Shown here: in pieces, positions 52,893-62,829 of the stretch | Numbering within the stretch: position 1 is the first letter of the stretch | How the letters are laid out: each line of letters opens with the position of its first letter | NCBI GenBank assembly: GCA_965213925.1 | Contig: OZ243927.1 | Span: 192,001 to 256,000, forward strand | Origin: Trueperaceae bacterium | GTDB lineage: Bacteria > Deinococcota > Deinococci > Deinococcales > Trueperaceae | Direction: 5' to 3' | DNA length: 64,000 nt | The notes under the pieces: generated by a model | Told to the model about the DNA's origin: nothing | The model's database searches: none | The model's input: the letters and a program-made list of their open reading frames with translations, nothing else | Position numbers and translations under genes: made by a program

Positions 52893-53465
52893 ATGACAAC
52901 CCCCGAGCCCCAGTCCAAAGCTGACATCGTCGCTGCCCTCGACCTCCTGCGTACCGAAGGTTTATCCTTCTGGGCGTCGCTACCGCCCGAGCGCTTCGTC
53001 ACCCCCTTCGGGGAGTCCTGGTCTTCGGCTGACAACTTGCGCCACCTGATTCGGTCCACGATCCCCCTAGCGCAAGCGTTCGCGCTGCCGGGGGTGATGC
53101 TCGAAGCCCGCTTCGGCACTCCACAACGTCCGTCGCGTTCCTTCGGAGCGCTACGCGATGACTACCTCGAGCGGCTCGGGGTCGGGGTCGACGCGGGCGA
53201 CTACGCCCCGCCGAAAGTAGCACCACCTGCCGACCCAGCTACCTATCAACGTGATCTACTCGTCCGCTCCGGCAAGGTGCTTGCAGACCTAACGGCGGCG
53301 GTGACCAGATGGGACGAAGCCAAGCTCGATACCTACCAACTACCCCATCCGCTGCTGGGCGACTTGACGCTGCGCGAGATGCTCTTTTTTACGCTCTACC
53401 ACTACGCGCATCACCAGCAGAATGTCGCCCGGCGGCTGGCTGCTGTGGGCGGACCAACGAGCTAG
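52893..53465 (+). CDS. DinB family protein
   Basis: WS..DNLRHL, PHPLLGDLTLREML..HYAHH. Confidence 0.9.
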   Translation: MTTPEPQSKADIVAALDLLRTEGLSFWASLPPERFVTPFGESWSSADNLRHLIRSTIPLAQAFALPGVMLEARFGTPQRPSRSFGALRDDYLERLGVGVDAGDYAPPKVAPPADPATYQRDLLVRSGKVLADLTAAVTRWDEAKLDTYQLPHPLLGDLTLREMLFFTLYHYAHHQQNVARRLAAVGGPTS

Positions 53466-53611
53466 CGGGCGCAGCAGGCGCGTAGGTAAAGGTATCTTCG
53501 TCTACCGTTAGCGTCATCTGCGGCTAAAGTAGTTTCCCGTAGAGTGAGTTGCAAGGTTACTCGTGAGGTAGTCGCCAAAGCTTATCGGTGAGGTGGCGGG
53601 GCGCGGTGCAT

Positions 53612-53643
53612 TTGTGCGCCAGTTGCGCGCGTTCGCCGTAAAA
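53612..53643. repeat. 32-bp site family, copy S11
   Basis: TTGTGCGCCAGTT GCGCGC GTTCGCCGTAAAA. Confidence 0.75.
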
Positions 53644-53967
53644 GCTAACCGAGTTGCTTGCAACTAAGCCTAACTCACCTGTTCCTCGCTCAGCCACCCT
53701 CTCCTTTGACCGGCGCAATGACCAGTGGAGGCGAGTATAGCAGTTCACATAAGCACTGAGCTTGAATCACGTAAGTGTCATTTCCAAACGTGCGCGCTAG
53801 ACTGCGTTCCCTCTTCTCGGATTGGCTCAAACCAAATGATATTTGCTATAGAGATCAGATTAGAGCGAAAAGAGCTGCCACCAAAACGCCCACGGCATAA
53901 ACAGCCCCACGCCACCTAGTAATAGGACAAGCCAGGCGCGCTCAGCTCTCTGTACCAACTGCCGCTT

Positions 53968-54660
53968 TCAGTACCAGGCAGCGGTAAGTAGAAACGCTGT
54001 AAATAGAAATGCTGACGCGAGGAGCTGAAGGAGGAGCCAGCCAACCGGACGTCCGGCGATAACCGTGGTGATGATTATGGTCACGCCTTCGCCGGATGTC
54101 GCAGCGACATACCCCGTATAGGCGTACATACTCCAAGGGGTGACCAGACCGAGTACGGCTAGGCACCGGGCACTCCACCCGCCCGGCATCCGCTGCGGCT
54201 CGGCGCGGCGAAGATACCCGACACCCGCCGCGACGAGGTATCCGCCAAAGACAAGGTGAAACGAGACGAAGAAGGCGAGCTGCACCTCCCACTGGGCGAA
54301 GCCCCGCACAGCTGTTACCGAAGGTCTAGGCGGGTGCTCATTCGCGGGCAGTGCGTCGATATGTGGTCCTGGCGGATTGTTAGCGGTGACGCCCCGAATC
54401 CACGAGGTCATCATCTCGATGTAGCCCGGGGCGAGCGCGCCGGTCACCTGATCTCCTACGACTACATGCACATCGTGGTTAGCGTCCGCAATAAAGTGTA
54501 AGGCGTAGTGCCGGTTGCCTCCCCGCGCTAACGCTCGCTGCATAGCTCGGGCGCTTGCGGCGGTAGGCATGATGCGGTCCAGCGAACCCCAGATCGCGAG
54601 CACGGGTTGACGGAGCTGCTCGAGGACGGGCACCGGGTCATACGTCCCTTCGGCGAAGCG
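53968..54660 (-). pseudogene. Alpha/beta hydrolase C-terminal fragment with membrane tail
   Basis: YDPVPVLEQLRQPVLAIWGSLD..ANH; nucleophile region missing. Confidence 0.65.
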
Positions 54661-54726
54661 CCGCCCCTCGTTCGTATAGTGAAGGTAGTCGGCGATAGCG
54701 GCGTGTTCTACCTCGGCGAAAGCAAA

Positions 54727-55497
54727 CTAACCCTCTAGCATTTTTGCTTCTAAACCACCTAGGCGAACGCCCGTGCACCTGTGGCGTCGCGCTCGGCGCA
54801 GAAGGTTGCAGAGTTCAGATGCCGCTGCCTCATAGGAAAGACCCGCAGGGCGGACGTTCGAGATACAGTTGCGCTCGGCGTCGGTGCGACCGACCTTGGG
54901 TGTATACGTGACATAAATCCCTAAGCTGTCGGGGGCGCTCAAACCGGGACGTTCGCCGATAAGTACGATGGCGAACTTAGCCTGCAAGACCTCGCCAATT
55001 TCGTCGCCGATGGCGACGCGGCCGCCTTCGACTATGGTGAACGGCGCGAGCCGCCACTCGCTTAGCTGAGGGAGCGTCGCGGCTGAAAGAGGTGTGGCGT
55101 GGGCTTGCACTGCGGTCGCTGACAAGCCGTCAGCGACGACGAACACAGCGTCAAAGCCCCCTTCGCGCTTCGTTTCGGCGAGCGCGCGCCGTGAGCGCAC
55201 GTCCAGCCTCCGCCCCAAGTTAGGGCGCATAATGTAGGTTTCTCGGTCGGTTGCAGCGCTACGCACGCGCACGGTCTCGCGGTCCAAAGCGTTGAGTCCT
55301 TGCTCGAGCCTATCCAAATCGAGTTCAGCCTTCACCGCGTCCCGAGCGCGGGCGTGGGCGAGTTGAAACTCGAGGCTGGCATTCGTCGGCACACTGCCTC
55401 CAGCGCGGCCCAGGGCGACGCGAGCGGGCGTATAGGCTTTGAGCGCGGTCCAGGGTGTCGGCGTCACGATATTTCTTGGATCGGCGTCACGCTTCAC
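54727..55497 (-). CDS. eutC: Ethanolamine ammonia-lyase light chain
   Basis: TPARVALGRAG, ADGLSA, IGERPGLS, DAERNCISNV. Confidence 0.95.
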   Translation of the reverse strand: MKRDADPRNIVTPTPWTALKAYTPARVALGRAGGSVPTNASLEFQLAHARARDAVKAELDLDRLEQGLNALDRETVRVRSAATDRETYIMRPNLGRRLDVRSRRALAETKREGGFDAVFVVADGLSATAVQAHATPLSAATLPQLSEWRLAPFTIVEGGRVAIGDEIGEVLQAKFAIVLIGERPGLSAPDSLGIYVTYTPKVGRTDAERNCISNVRPAGLSYEAAASELCNLLRRARRHRCTGVRLGGLEAKMLEG

Positions 55498-56225
55498 GGT
55501 AGATTCTCCAAGAGCGCGTGTCCTTCGTTCGTGGGCAAGGGGCGGTTGTGCGTATCAAATACACCCATCTCGGTGAGCCAAGCTTCGAACTCGGGCGCGG
55601 GGCGCAGCCCGAGCAGCTCGCGCAAGTAGAGCGCGTCATGAAACGAGGTGCTCTGATACCCAAGCATCACATCGTCCGCGCCAGGCACGCCCATGACGTA
55701 CGTCACACCCGCCGCGCCGAGCAGGGTGAGGAGCGTGTCGGTGTCATCGCTGTCGGCTTCAGCGTGGTTGGTGTAACACACGTCCACGCCCATCGGCAGC
55801 CCGAGTAGCTTGCCGCAAAAGTGATCCTCCAGCCCTGCACGGATGATTTGCTTACCATCGAAGAGGTACTCTGGACCGATAAAGCCGACGAGCGTATTAA
55901 CGAGGAGCGGCCGGTAACGCCGCGCTACAGCGTAGGCTCGAGCCTCGAGCGTTTGCTGGTCCACGCCGTGATGCGCGTTCGCCGAGAGACCGCTACCCTG
56001 ACCCGTCTCGAAATACATTACGTTATTTCCCAGCGTGCCCCTGTTAAGACCCAAAGTAGCGCTATGCGCCTCGTCTAGCAGGGCTAAATCGACGCCGAAG
56101 CTCCGGTTCGTGCCCTCGCTGCCGCCGATGGACTGGAACATGAGGTCAAGGGGTGCGCCGCGTTCGAGCGCCGCAAGCTGCGTTGTGACATGCCCGAGTA
56201 CGCACGCTTGCGTGGGGAAGATGGT
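55494..56225 (-). pseudogene. eutB: Ethanolamine ammonia-lyase heavy chain, C-terminal half only
   Basis: PTQACVLGHVT, YFETGQGS, GLEDHFCGKLLG; N-terminal half replaced by unrelated sequence. Confidence 0.9.
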
Positions 56226-56368
56226 GCCTGAGTAATTCGCACCGAACGGAACGAGAAGACTACCAAACTCGGGGCTCATCATCTCTTGAACGGAACTGTA
56301 GCTATCGCTAGTAACTGATATTTCAGCTATAGCTGAGTCACTACCCGAAGTATTGCTTACCATCAGGG

Positions 56369-57547
56369 TTACAAAAAAGACTCTTCCCTCTTCAGTAAAG
56401 GTTTAACCTTCTTCCCTTTTGCCGTGGTCCCATCACCAAAGTCCCATTCGTACTTGAGTCCTTTGCCCACAGACTCACTCGCGTCAAAAGTCACCTCTAA
56501 AGGGGCGATGCCGAAAGGAACATCGTAGCTGAATTTCGCTTCAACGTCTTTCGTATCCTCTTCAGTTTGCAAACTCACCTCACTCAACCTCACCTGAGCA
56601 CTCTGAGCATCAAGCGACATTCCTAGCTGAGTAGGGTTACTGAGAAGTAGCGCGGTGGTTGCCACGAGTTGCCAGCTCAATCCATCTTCAGATTCATAGG
56701 CATAAACACGGTCCTCCTTTCTTTCTAACTTGAGCCAGACCGGTCCTTGCAAGCTGCCCGCTTCACGTGTGAGGGTGCCGTCTTCTCCTTTCACTTCGAA
56801 GGTGATGCCCGCAGGCGTCAGCGCAAGCAGGGCGTAAGGTGCGTCTGGCGCTAAGCTGCCGCGCAGCATCAGCCCTGCTTTGCCGTTCTGGTCAATGGTT
56901 TCTAGGTCGGTCACACGTGCCACTAGACTACCGTTGCCCTCTAAGGACTGGTAGACGAAATGGTTACTTTGGTTGCCTTCAACGTTCAAGGTGAAGGCTT
57001 GGTTAGGAGCGTCGAAGGTAGCGTTACCGGTGCCTTCGCCCAGCGTCTCTTGTTGCCAAGGTGCGGGCAGGCTTGACGGGTCGTCGTGAGCTGCGACGGT
57101 AAAGCTCGAGTCAAAAGGCTCGAGAGTTTGTTCCTGATTGTTCTTCGCGGCGTCAGTGATTTGGAGGGCGTAGGTACCGGGCTCGAGCGCAGCATTCGGC
57201 GCAAAGCTCACCGTTTGGTCATCTTGCCAGGTGAAGCTGCCCTCGACAGGCGTGCTGCTTCCACACGCACTCGGGTTACTCGCCTTCACTTGCTGCTGCT
57301 CGCCGTCCACGAAAAGGCGAGCCGTCTGGCTACCACCTTGGGTGTAGAAGAACACATCGCTGTTCGCAGGCACAATGCCTGCACCTTTTTCCTCTTGTCC
57401 AGCGATGTCCCAGGTAAAACGGATGGCTTCGTCGTTCGGGTTACGCACCCGCCAGCGCCCTTCGCACATCGAGGTCAGCTTGAGCGGCTCGAAAGCAGCA
57501 GGGTTGGTGAAGCTCGCGTCGTCGGGTGAGGGTGGGGCGACTGTCAA
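56369..57547 (-). pseudogene. Internal fragment of a large extracellular protein (Ig-like, beta-sandwich and partial PKD domains)
   Basis: KAGLMLR..PVWLKLER; VTFDAS..YEWDFGDG; no signal peptide; truncated at both ends. Confidence 0.65.
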
Positions 57548-57553
57548 GGGACA

Positions 57554-59697
57554 TTAATCATCCTCCACGAGCGCGTCGAGCGCCGACGAAACACTGTCGT
57601 CAAACAGGGGGAGGTTCGGCTTTGTCGGCGGCGTGGGAGGCGGGGAAGCCGCGTCCGCAAGTACCTCGCGGCGCTCGCCGAGCTTCTCCGCCTGCCGGTT
57701 CTCGGTGATGCCGCGTACCCGCGCCGCGTTCGACTCGGTGTTCGGCACGGACGCTACGCGGTCCTTAGCCTCCTGGACGATCTGCTCGACCTGCACGTCC
57801 GTGTGGATACGCGCCTGCCGCTTGGTCCCTTCCTCGCGGCGGCGGTGAAACTCCTCCAGGGTCTGCTCCAACTGCAGCTCGGCCCAGGGGACGCCGCCCG
57901 ACGCGCCCGCGCCGGGTATCTCATCTCCTCGCAGCGGATGAGGTCCTTGTGGTCTCTGAGGTGCAGCCATACGTGCCCGCTCGTCCACGGGTCGTAGGCC
58001 ATGCGCCAGGTGCCGCTTTGACGCGCCTTAGCACGCCACTTCCGCTCCTCGATGTAGGCGCAGGTGTAGTACTGACCGCCGTAGCGGAGGCCGCGCGGGG
58101 TCATGGTTGCCTTCGCGCTCGGCAGCATCTTGCGCCGCACCACCTCGGGGGCAAAGTATCTGAGCGTGCCGCTGCGGTGCTCAATGCCCCAGTGCCACAG
58201 CTCCAGCGGGTTAGCCCGCACCCGCGACCGCACCATATCGGGGTCTTTGGGGTAGCCCTTGATGAGCGCGTACTGGTTGTGTTCGATGAAGCAGAGGGCG
58301 AGGATTTTGCGCAAATCGCCGAGGGTGAGGGCACTCTCCAGGCGGTAGTCCTTGTCGCCGCGCACGGTCCGGCGCACCGCCGCAGGGAGCCAATGGAGAA
58401 CGCGCTTGTTCGTCAGCCCGAAGTGCCGCTCGACGATCGCCTTCCAGTCCGCGCGGTAGGGCGGCGTGTTCGCGGCGTTGACCCTGAACCCTTGTACCAA
58501 GGCGTCCGAGTAGGTGCTCTTCAGCTCGCCGCCGTCGCCCAGCACGGACTCCGGGAAGTGCTCCACCGGCCAGACATCAGGGGTGATGGCGATGTCGAGC
58601 GAACGGCAGAAGGCGACCTTGTCCGTCGCGACGTTCTCGAAGGCGAGCACGGCGCTCATCCAGCTCGGACCCTCGAGCCCCGCGGTGAAGCCGACGACGA
58701 GGCGGCTGAACTGGTCGATGACGACGTAGATGACGGGCCGCCCGATGATGAGGCGCGGGTCGCGCGAGGACACCAGGTAGACGTCGCCGATGGTCGCGTC
58801 GACCTGGTAGACAGCCCCCGGTCGGTCGGCGGTGGCGGAGGAGTCGCTACGCATAGGGCGGTGCTTGAGGTTGTAGGCACGCTCGCCCTCGCGCTTGCGG
58901 AGGGCGCGGTCGGGGTCTTTGGCTTTGCCGTACCAGTACCTGAACTGAGCCAAGGTGGGGAGCTGGTCGTCGGGCAGGAGGACGGGGACGCGCACGCCGT
59001 TGGGCAAAACGTCGTAGCCGTCACGGAAGTATTTGCTGAGCCCCCGCCGGAACGCTTCTTCCTCAGTGATCCTCTCTTCGTCTTCGTAGAACTCTTCGCC
59101 GATCTTCACGAGCAACTCGCGAACGCGCTCATCGACATTGATACCTGTGATCTGCCCGGTCACTTCTTTAATAAGTGTCGGGCGACCGCGCCGCTTGCTG
59201 TGGTCAACGTCCTTCGTGCGGTCCTGGCTGTAACCGCCGGACTTCTCGTAGCGCGGGATCAGCGCGTGGAGGGTCTGCCCGCCCTTCCAGTAGCGGTAGA
59301 GGAGGGTGTAGACAGTTTCTTTCACTGCGAGTCCGCTCTCGACCACTTGCGCGATGAGCTGACCTCGAGCCTTGCGGTCGTACATGTCCGTCCCGGCTTG
59401 GATGATGGGCTCGAGTATATTCCAGGCGCGGTCCCGCCCTTCGCGCTCTGCCTGGGTCAATTCTCCCTCATCGCGCGGCAGGGCGAGCCAAGGGTCGTGT
59501 CTGAGTACGCGGATATTTCCACCCTCGAGTTCGGCCCGGAGGCTGGACAGCTCGAGCCGCGCGGGTTGGGCGCGACCCTTGTCTTTGATCTCAATAACGA
59601 CGATGGAGTCGGCTTCGCTACTCATATAAAGCACGCGCTCAGTGCGCGCCGCGCCGTCGTCGAGGGTTTCGATAAGGACGTTATTGGTGAGGTACAC
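57554..59697 (-). pseudogene. tnsB: Tn7-like DDE transposase TnsB, frameshift near 57920
   Basis: AGGAGG plus GTG start; YRYWKGGQT..ALIP.Y; QVDATIGD / GDGGE / IVERHF catalytic triad; C-terminus in another frame. Confidence 0.9.
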
Positions 59698-59705
59698 GCA
59701 GCCTC

Positions 59706-60498
59706 CTAACCCTGCTGTAGCGCGAGCGGCTGGGCGGGGTTGATGCGCTGGGACATGTCCACCTGCCACTGCCGGGTCGCGAGCAGATGACGCGCGAGGG
59801 CGAGGAAGCTCCCAACCGGCAGGCTGAAGTCGTCGTCGCAGCGGCGGGCAACGCGGGCTAGGGCGTCGGCGCTGGCTCGGACCTCGCCGGTGAGGTAGCG
59901 AACGAGAGCGGGTAGGTCTTCCATGTTGAAGTCGAAGCCCTCGAGTGTGAAGTGCGGGTGCAACCACTGGATGTTAGCGACCAAGTCCAGCGGAATATCT
60001 CCGGCGATGACGATACCCCAGTCCACACCCCGTTCGAGCCAGTACACGCGCTCGATCTCAAGCTTCTGCAAGACCCGCTCGTCGCCCAGTTCGCTCGCCT
60101 CTTTGATCGTGCGCACGACCCAGCGCCTATCGTCAAGGACGATGAGGAAATCGGATGTCATGATCATGTAGTCGCCGCCCGGCGGGGCGGGGTGCTTGAA
60201 ACCGAGTTCGGCGGCGATGCGCTGAGTCTCCTCCAAAGGCCACAGCGGATACTGCTCGCGGATATCGACGACTTGCGTCGATATCCGCGAGCAAGTAGAA
60301 GTAGCGCAATTCGTTCAGACTCAGGAGGTGATGAATCCGTTTCGTCTTCCAACCCAAGGGACGGTTGGACTGGCCCCGCGAAGGGACGTCGCGAACGGTG
60401 AGCCAAGGTTAGTAGAATTCGCCTTCGCCCTGACCTCGTCCCTCTTTCCAACGTCTTTGGATAGCTTGCTTGGTGAGACCTCGGTTACGTCTTGCCAT
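59706..60498 (-). pseudogene. tnsA: Tn7-like endonuclease TnsA, disrupted
   Basis: EGRGQGEG..Y*PWL.VRDVPSRG, HHLLSLNE, DIREQYPL, MTSDFL, KLEIERVYW; TAA at 60409-60411 and frameshift near 60280. Confidence 0.92.
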
Positions 60499-60628
60499 AC
60501 GACCCAACTCCTACAACAAAGAACTGAGCGAGCTTAGGCTCGCTCAGTTTGCTTCGGAGTCGATGTCAGAGATGTCGCTACTACCACGAGTAGCTGCTCT
60601 AGACTATTGTAGGAGACTTAAGGGTAAA

Positions 60629-60695
60629 AGTCCAGAACTTTCCCACCAAAGTCTAGGACTTTTTTATTAGTCCAGAACTTTTTTATTTCTCTACA
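60629..60695 (-). repeat. Tn7-like tnsA-proximal end with three TnsB-binding repeats
   Basis: TGTAGAGA terminus, then AATAAAAAAGTTCTGGACT, AATAAAAAAGTCCTAGACT and AAAGTTCTGGACT; 26 bp from the glmS stop. Confidence 0.88.
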
Positions 60696-60721
60696 ACAGC
60701 GGTAATATTTTTCTTGCACAC

Positions 60722-62551
60722 TTACTCAACTGTCACGCTCTTGGCAAGGTTTCTTGGTTGATCAACATCGCAACCTAGACGCGCCGCCGTTTCGTACGCG
60801 AGCAGCTGCATAGCGACGACGTTCACCAGAGGCGAAACAAGCTCATGCGTTTGTGGGGCTCGCATCACAACGTCGGCGTGCTCCTCAATCTGGGTGTCAC
60901 CGTAGTTGGCAAGGGCGATAACGATGCCGTCTCTAGCTTTGACCTCTTGCAAATTGGAGACCGTTTTATCGTAAAGCCTAGAAGCCGTTGCGACGGCGAC
61001 GACAGGCATCTGGTCGTCGATGAGCGCAATTGGACCGTGCTTCATCTCGCCTGTGGCGTAGGCTTCGGCGTGAATGTAAGAGATTTCTTTGAGCTTGAGA
61101 GCCCCCTCTAACGCGGTAGGAAAGTTGATGCTGCGACCTAAGAAGAGGTAGTCGCTGTAATCTTTGAAACGTTCCGCCACCTGAGCGATGTGTTCGCGTT
61201 CTTTGAGGGCGTCCTCAAGTAATCCCGGCGTTTGCCGCAGCGCGTGAATAAGGTTTGCCGCGTCCGCATCATTGAGGGTACCGCGTGCGCGTCCGAGCCA
61301 GATGGCGACGAGTTCAAACGCGGCGACCATCGCGGTGTACGCTTTGGTACTTGCGACGCCGATTTCTGGTCCGGCGTGAATGTAGAGCGTGTCGTCAGCC
61401 TCGCGGCTAATGGAAGACCCTTTGACGTTAAGGATGGCTAAAGACTTTGCGCCTTGACGCTGCGCTTCGCGGAGCGCTTCTAACGTGTCAATTGTTTCGC
61501 CCGACTGCGAAACGACGATGCAGAGCGTACGCTCATCTAATACAGGCTCGCGGTAGCGAAATTCGCTGGCGATTTCAACGTCCACAGGTAAGCGGGCGAG
61601 CTTCTCAATCAGGTATTCGCCGACCATGCCCGAGTAGTACGCGGTGCCCGCCGCCGTCACGATAACGCGGTCGAACGCGAGCGGGTCGAGGTTGAGGTCA
61701 AGCTGCACGTCCATACCGTTCGCGGCGAAGCGGCTCCCAAACGTATTTTGCAGCACGGCGGGCTGCTCGTAGATTTCTTTAAGCATATAGTGTTCGAAAC
61801 CCGCTTTTTCGGCAGCTTCCGCGTCCCAATCTACGGTAGACACCTCGCGCTCTAAGGTCTGCCCTGTAAAGTCGGTGACGGTGAAGCTGTCTTCGCTGAT
61901 GAGCGCCATGTCGCCGTCGTGTAAGAAGACGACTTCTCTGGTATAGGGCAAGAGCGCGGGCACATCGCTCGCCACGAAGTTTTCACCGTCGCCGAGCCCT
62001 AAAACCATCGGGCTCGTCGCCCTCGCCGCCACGATGAGGTCGTGCTCGGCGTGCGAGACGACGAGCGCGTAAGCGCCCGTCACCTGGCTTAACGCCGTGC
62101 GCACAGCAGCGACGAGGTCGCCCTCGTAATGCTCCTCGATAAGGTGCACCATGACTTCGGTGTCTGTCTCCGAGACGAAGGTGTGCCCCTCTTGAATGAG
62201 CTGCTCTCTTAGCGGCACGTAGTTCTCGATAATGCCGTTATGAATCACGGCGAGCTTGCCGTCTTCGGAGAGGTGGGGGTGCGCATTTGTATCGTTAGGT
62301 CTGCCGTGCGTCGCCCAACGGGTATGACCCAAACCCAGCGTTCCTTTGAGCGGGCGTGTCTCTAGCGCCTCCTCTAAATTTCTGAGCTTACCTGCCTTTT
62401 TCACCACGTTGAGATGCGCGAGCGAAGCGTCGCCCCGTGGCGAAATCACGACCCCAGCAGAATCGTAGCCGCGGTACTCGAGCCTCCTAAGCCCGTCCAT
62501 AATCACATCCGTTGCTTGACGGTGTCCAACGTAACCCACAATGCCGCACAT
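60722..62551 (-). CDS. glmS: Glutamine-fructose-6-phosphate aminotransferase
   Basis: MCGIVG, HTRWATHG, SQSGET, PRNLAKSVTVE. Confidence 0.98.
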   Translation of the reverse strand: MCGIVGYVGHRQATDVIMDGLRRLEYRGYDSAGVVISPRGDASLAHLNVVKKAGKLRNLEEALETRPLKGTLGLGHTRWATHGRPNDTNAHPHLSEDGKLAVIHNGIIENYVPLREQLIQEGHTFVSETDTEVMVHLIEEHYEGDLVAAVRTALSQVTGAYALVVSHAEHDLIVAARATSPMVLGLGDGENFVASDVPALLPYTREVVFLHDGDMALISEDSFTVTDFTGQTLEREVSTVDWDAEAAEKAGFEHYMLKEIYEQPAVLQNTFGSRFAANGMDVQLDLNLDPLAFDRVIVTAAGTAYYSGMVGEYLIEKLARLPVDVEIASEFRYREPVLDERTLCIVVSQSGETIDTLEALREAQRQGAKSLAILNVKGSSISREADDTLYIHAGPEIGVASTKAYTAMVAAFELVAIWLGRARGTLNDADAANLIHALRQTPGLLEDALKEREHIAQVAERFKDYSDYLFLGRSINFPTALEGALKLKEISYIHAEAYATGEMKHGPIALIDDQMPVVAVATASRLYDKTVSNLQEVKARDGIVIALANYGDTQIEEHADVVMRAPQTHELVSPLVNVVAMQLLAYETAARLGCDVDQPRNLAKSVTVE

Positions 62552-62829
62552 AGAAACTCCTTAATGGTTAGGTATCATCTAATTCGAGCCGGTCTCAGAG
62601 GTTGCAGCGTGTCGCACCCTACGGGGTGATGATACCTAGATAACTCAACCCTTTAGCTCTAAATTGCCTAATTGACCGTCGCTAACCATAGACAAACCTA
62701 TGCCTAGAGTGTAGACCCAACAGCCAGCAACGCTCCGTGACGCCTAACCTTTCAGCGCCAACGTCTCTTTCTTTGTTTTGTAGAACTCTATTTTGGGGTG
62801 AACCCTACGACCTCGAGTGAGGGGTTCGT

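Larger units (their letters stand above)
57554..60695 (-). mobile_element. Decayed Tn7-like transposon at the glmS attachment site
   Basis: End sequence plus tnsA and tnsB; tnsC/tnsD and the second end not seen. Confidence 0.9.

Noticed and set aside
18326..53643. CRISPR array or CAST association
   Set aside because: Repeats are dispersed, not regularly spaced; no cas genes seen.
54308..54330. ACAGC-TGT as the second Tn7 end with target duplication
   Set aside because: Lies inside a hydrolase fragment and lacks TnsB-site repeats.
54785..54806. CGCAGAAGG match to the site family
   Set aside because: Within eutC coding sequence; no spacer or second arm.
57949..59709. 586-aa plus-strand ORF
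   Set aside because: Antisense shadow of tnsB caused by high GC3; the same applies to most overlapping ORFs in the track.
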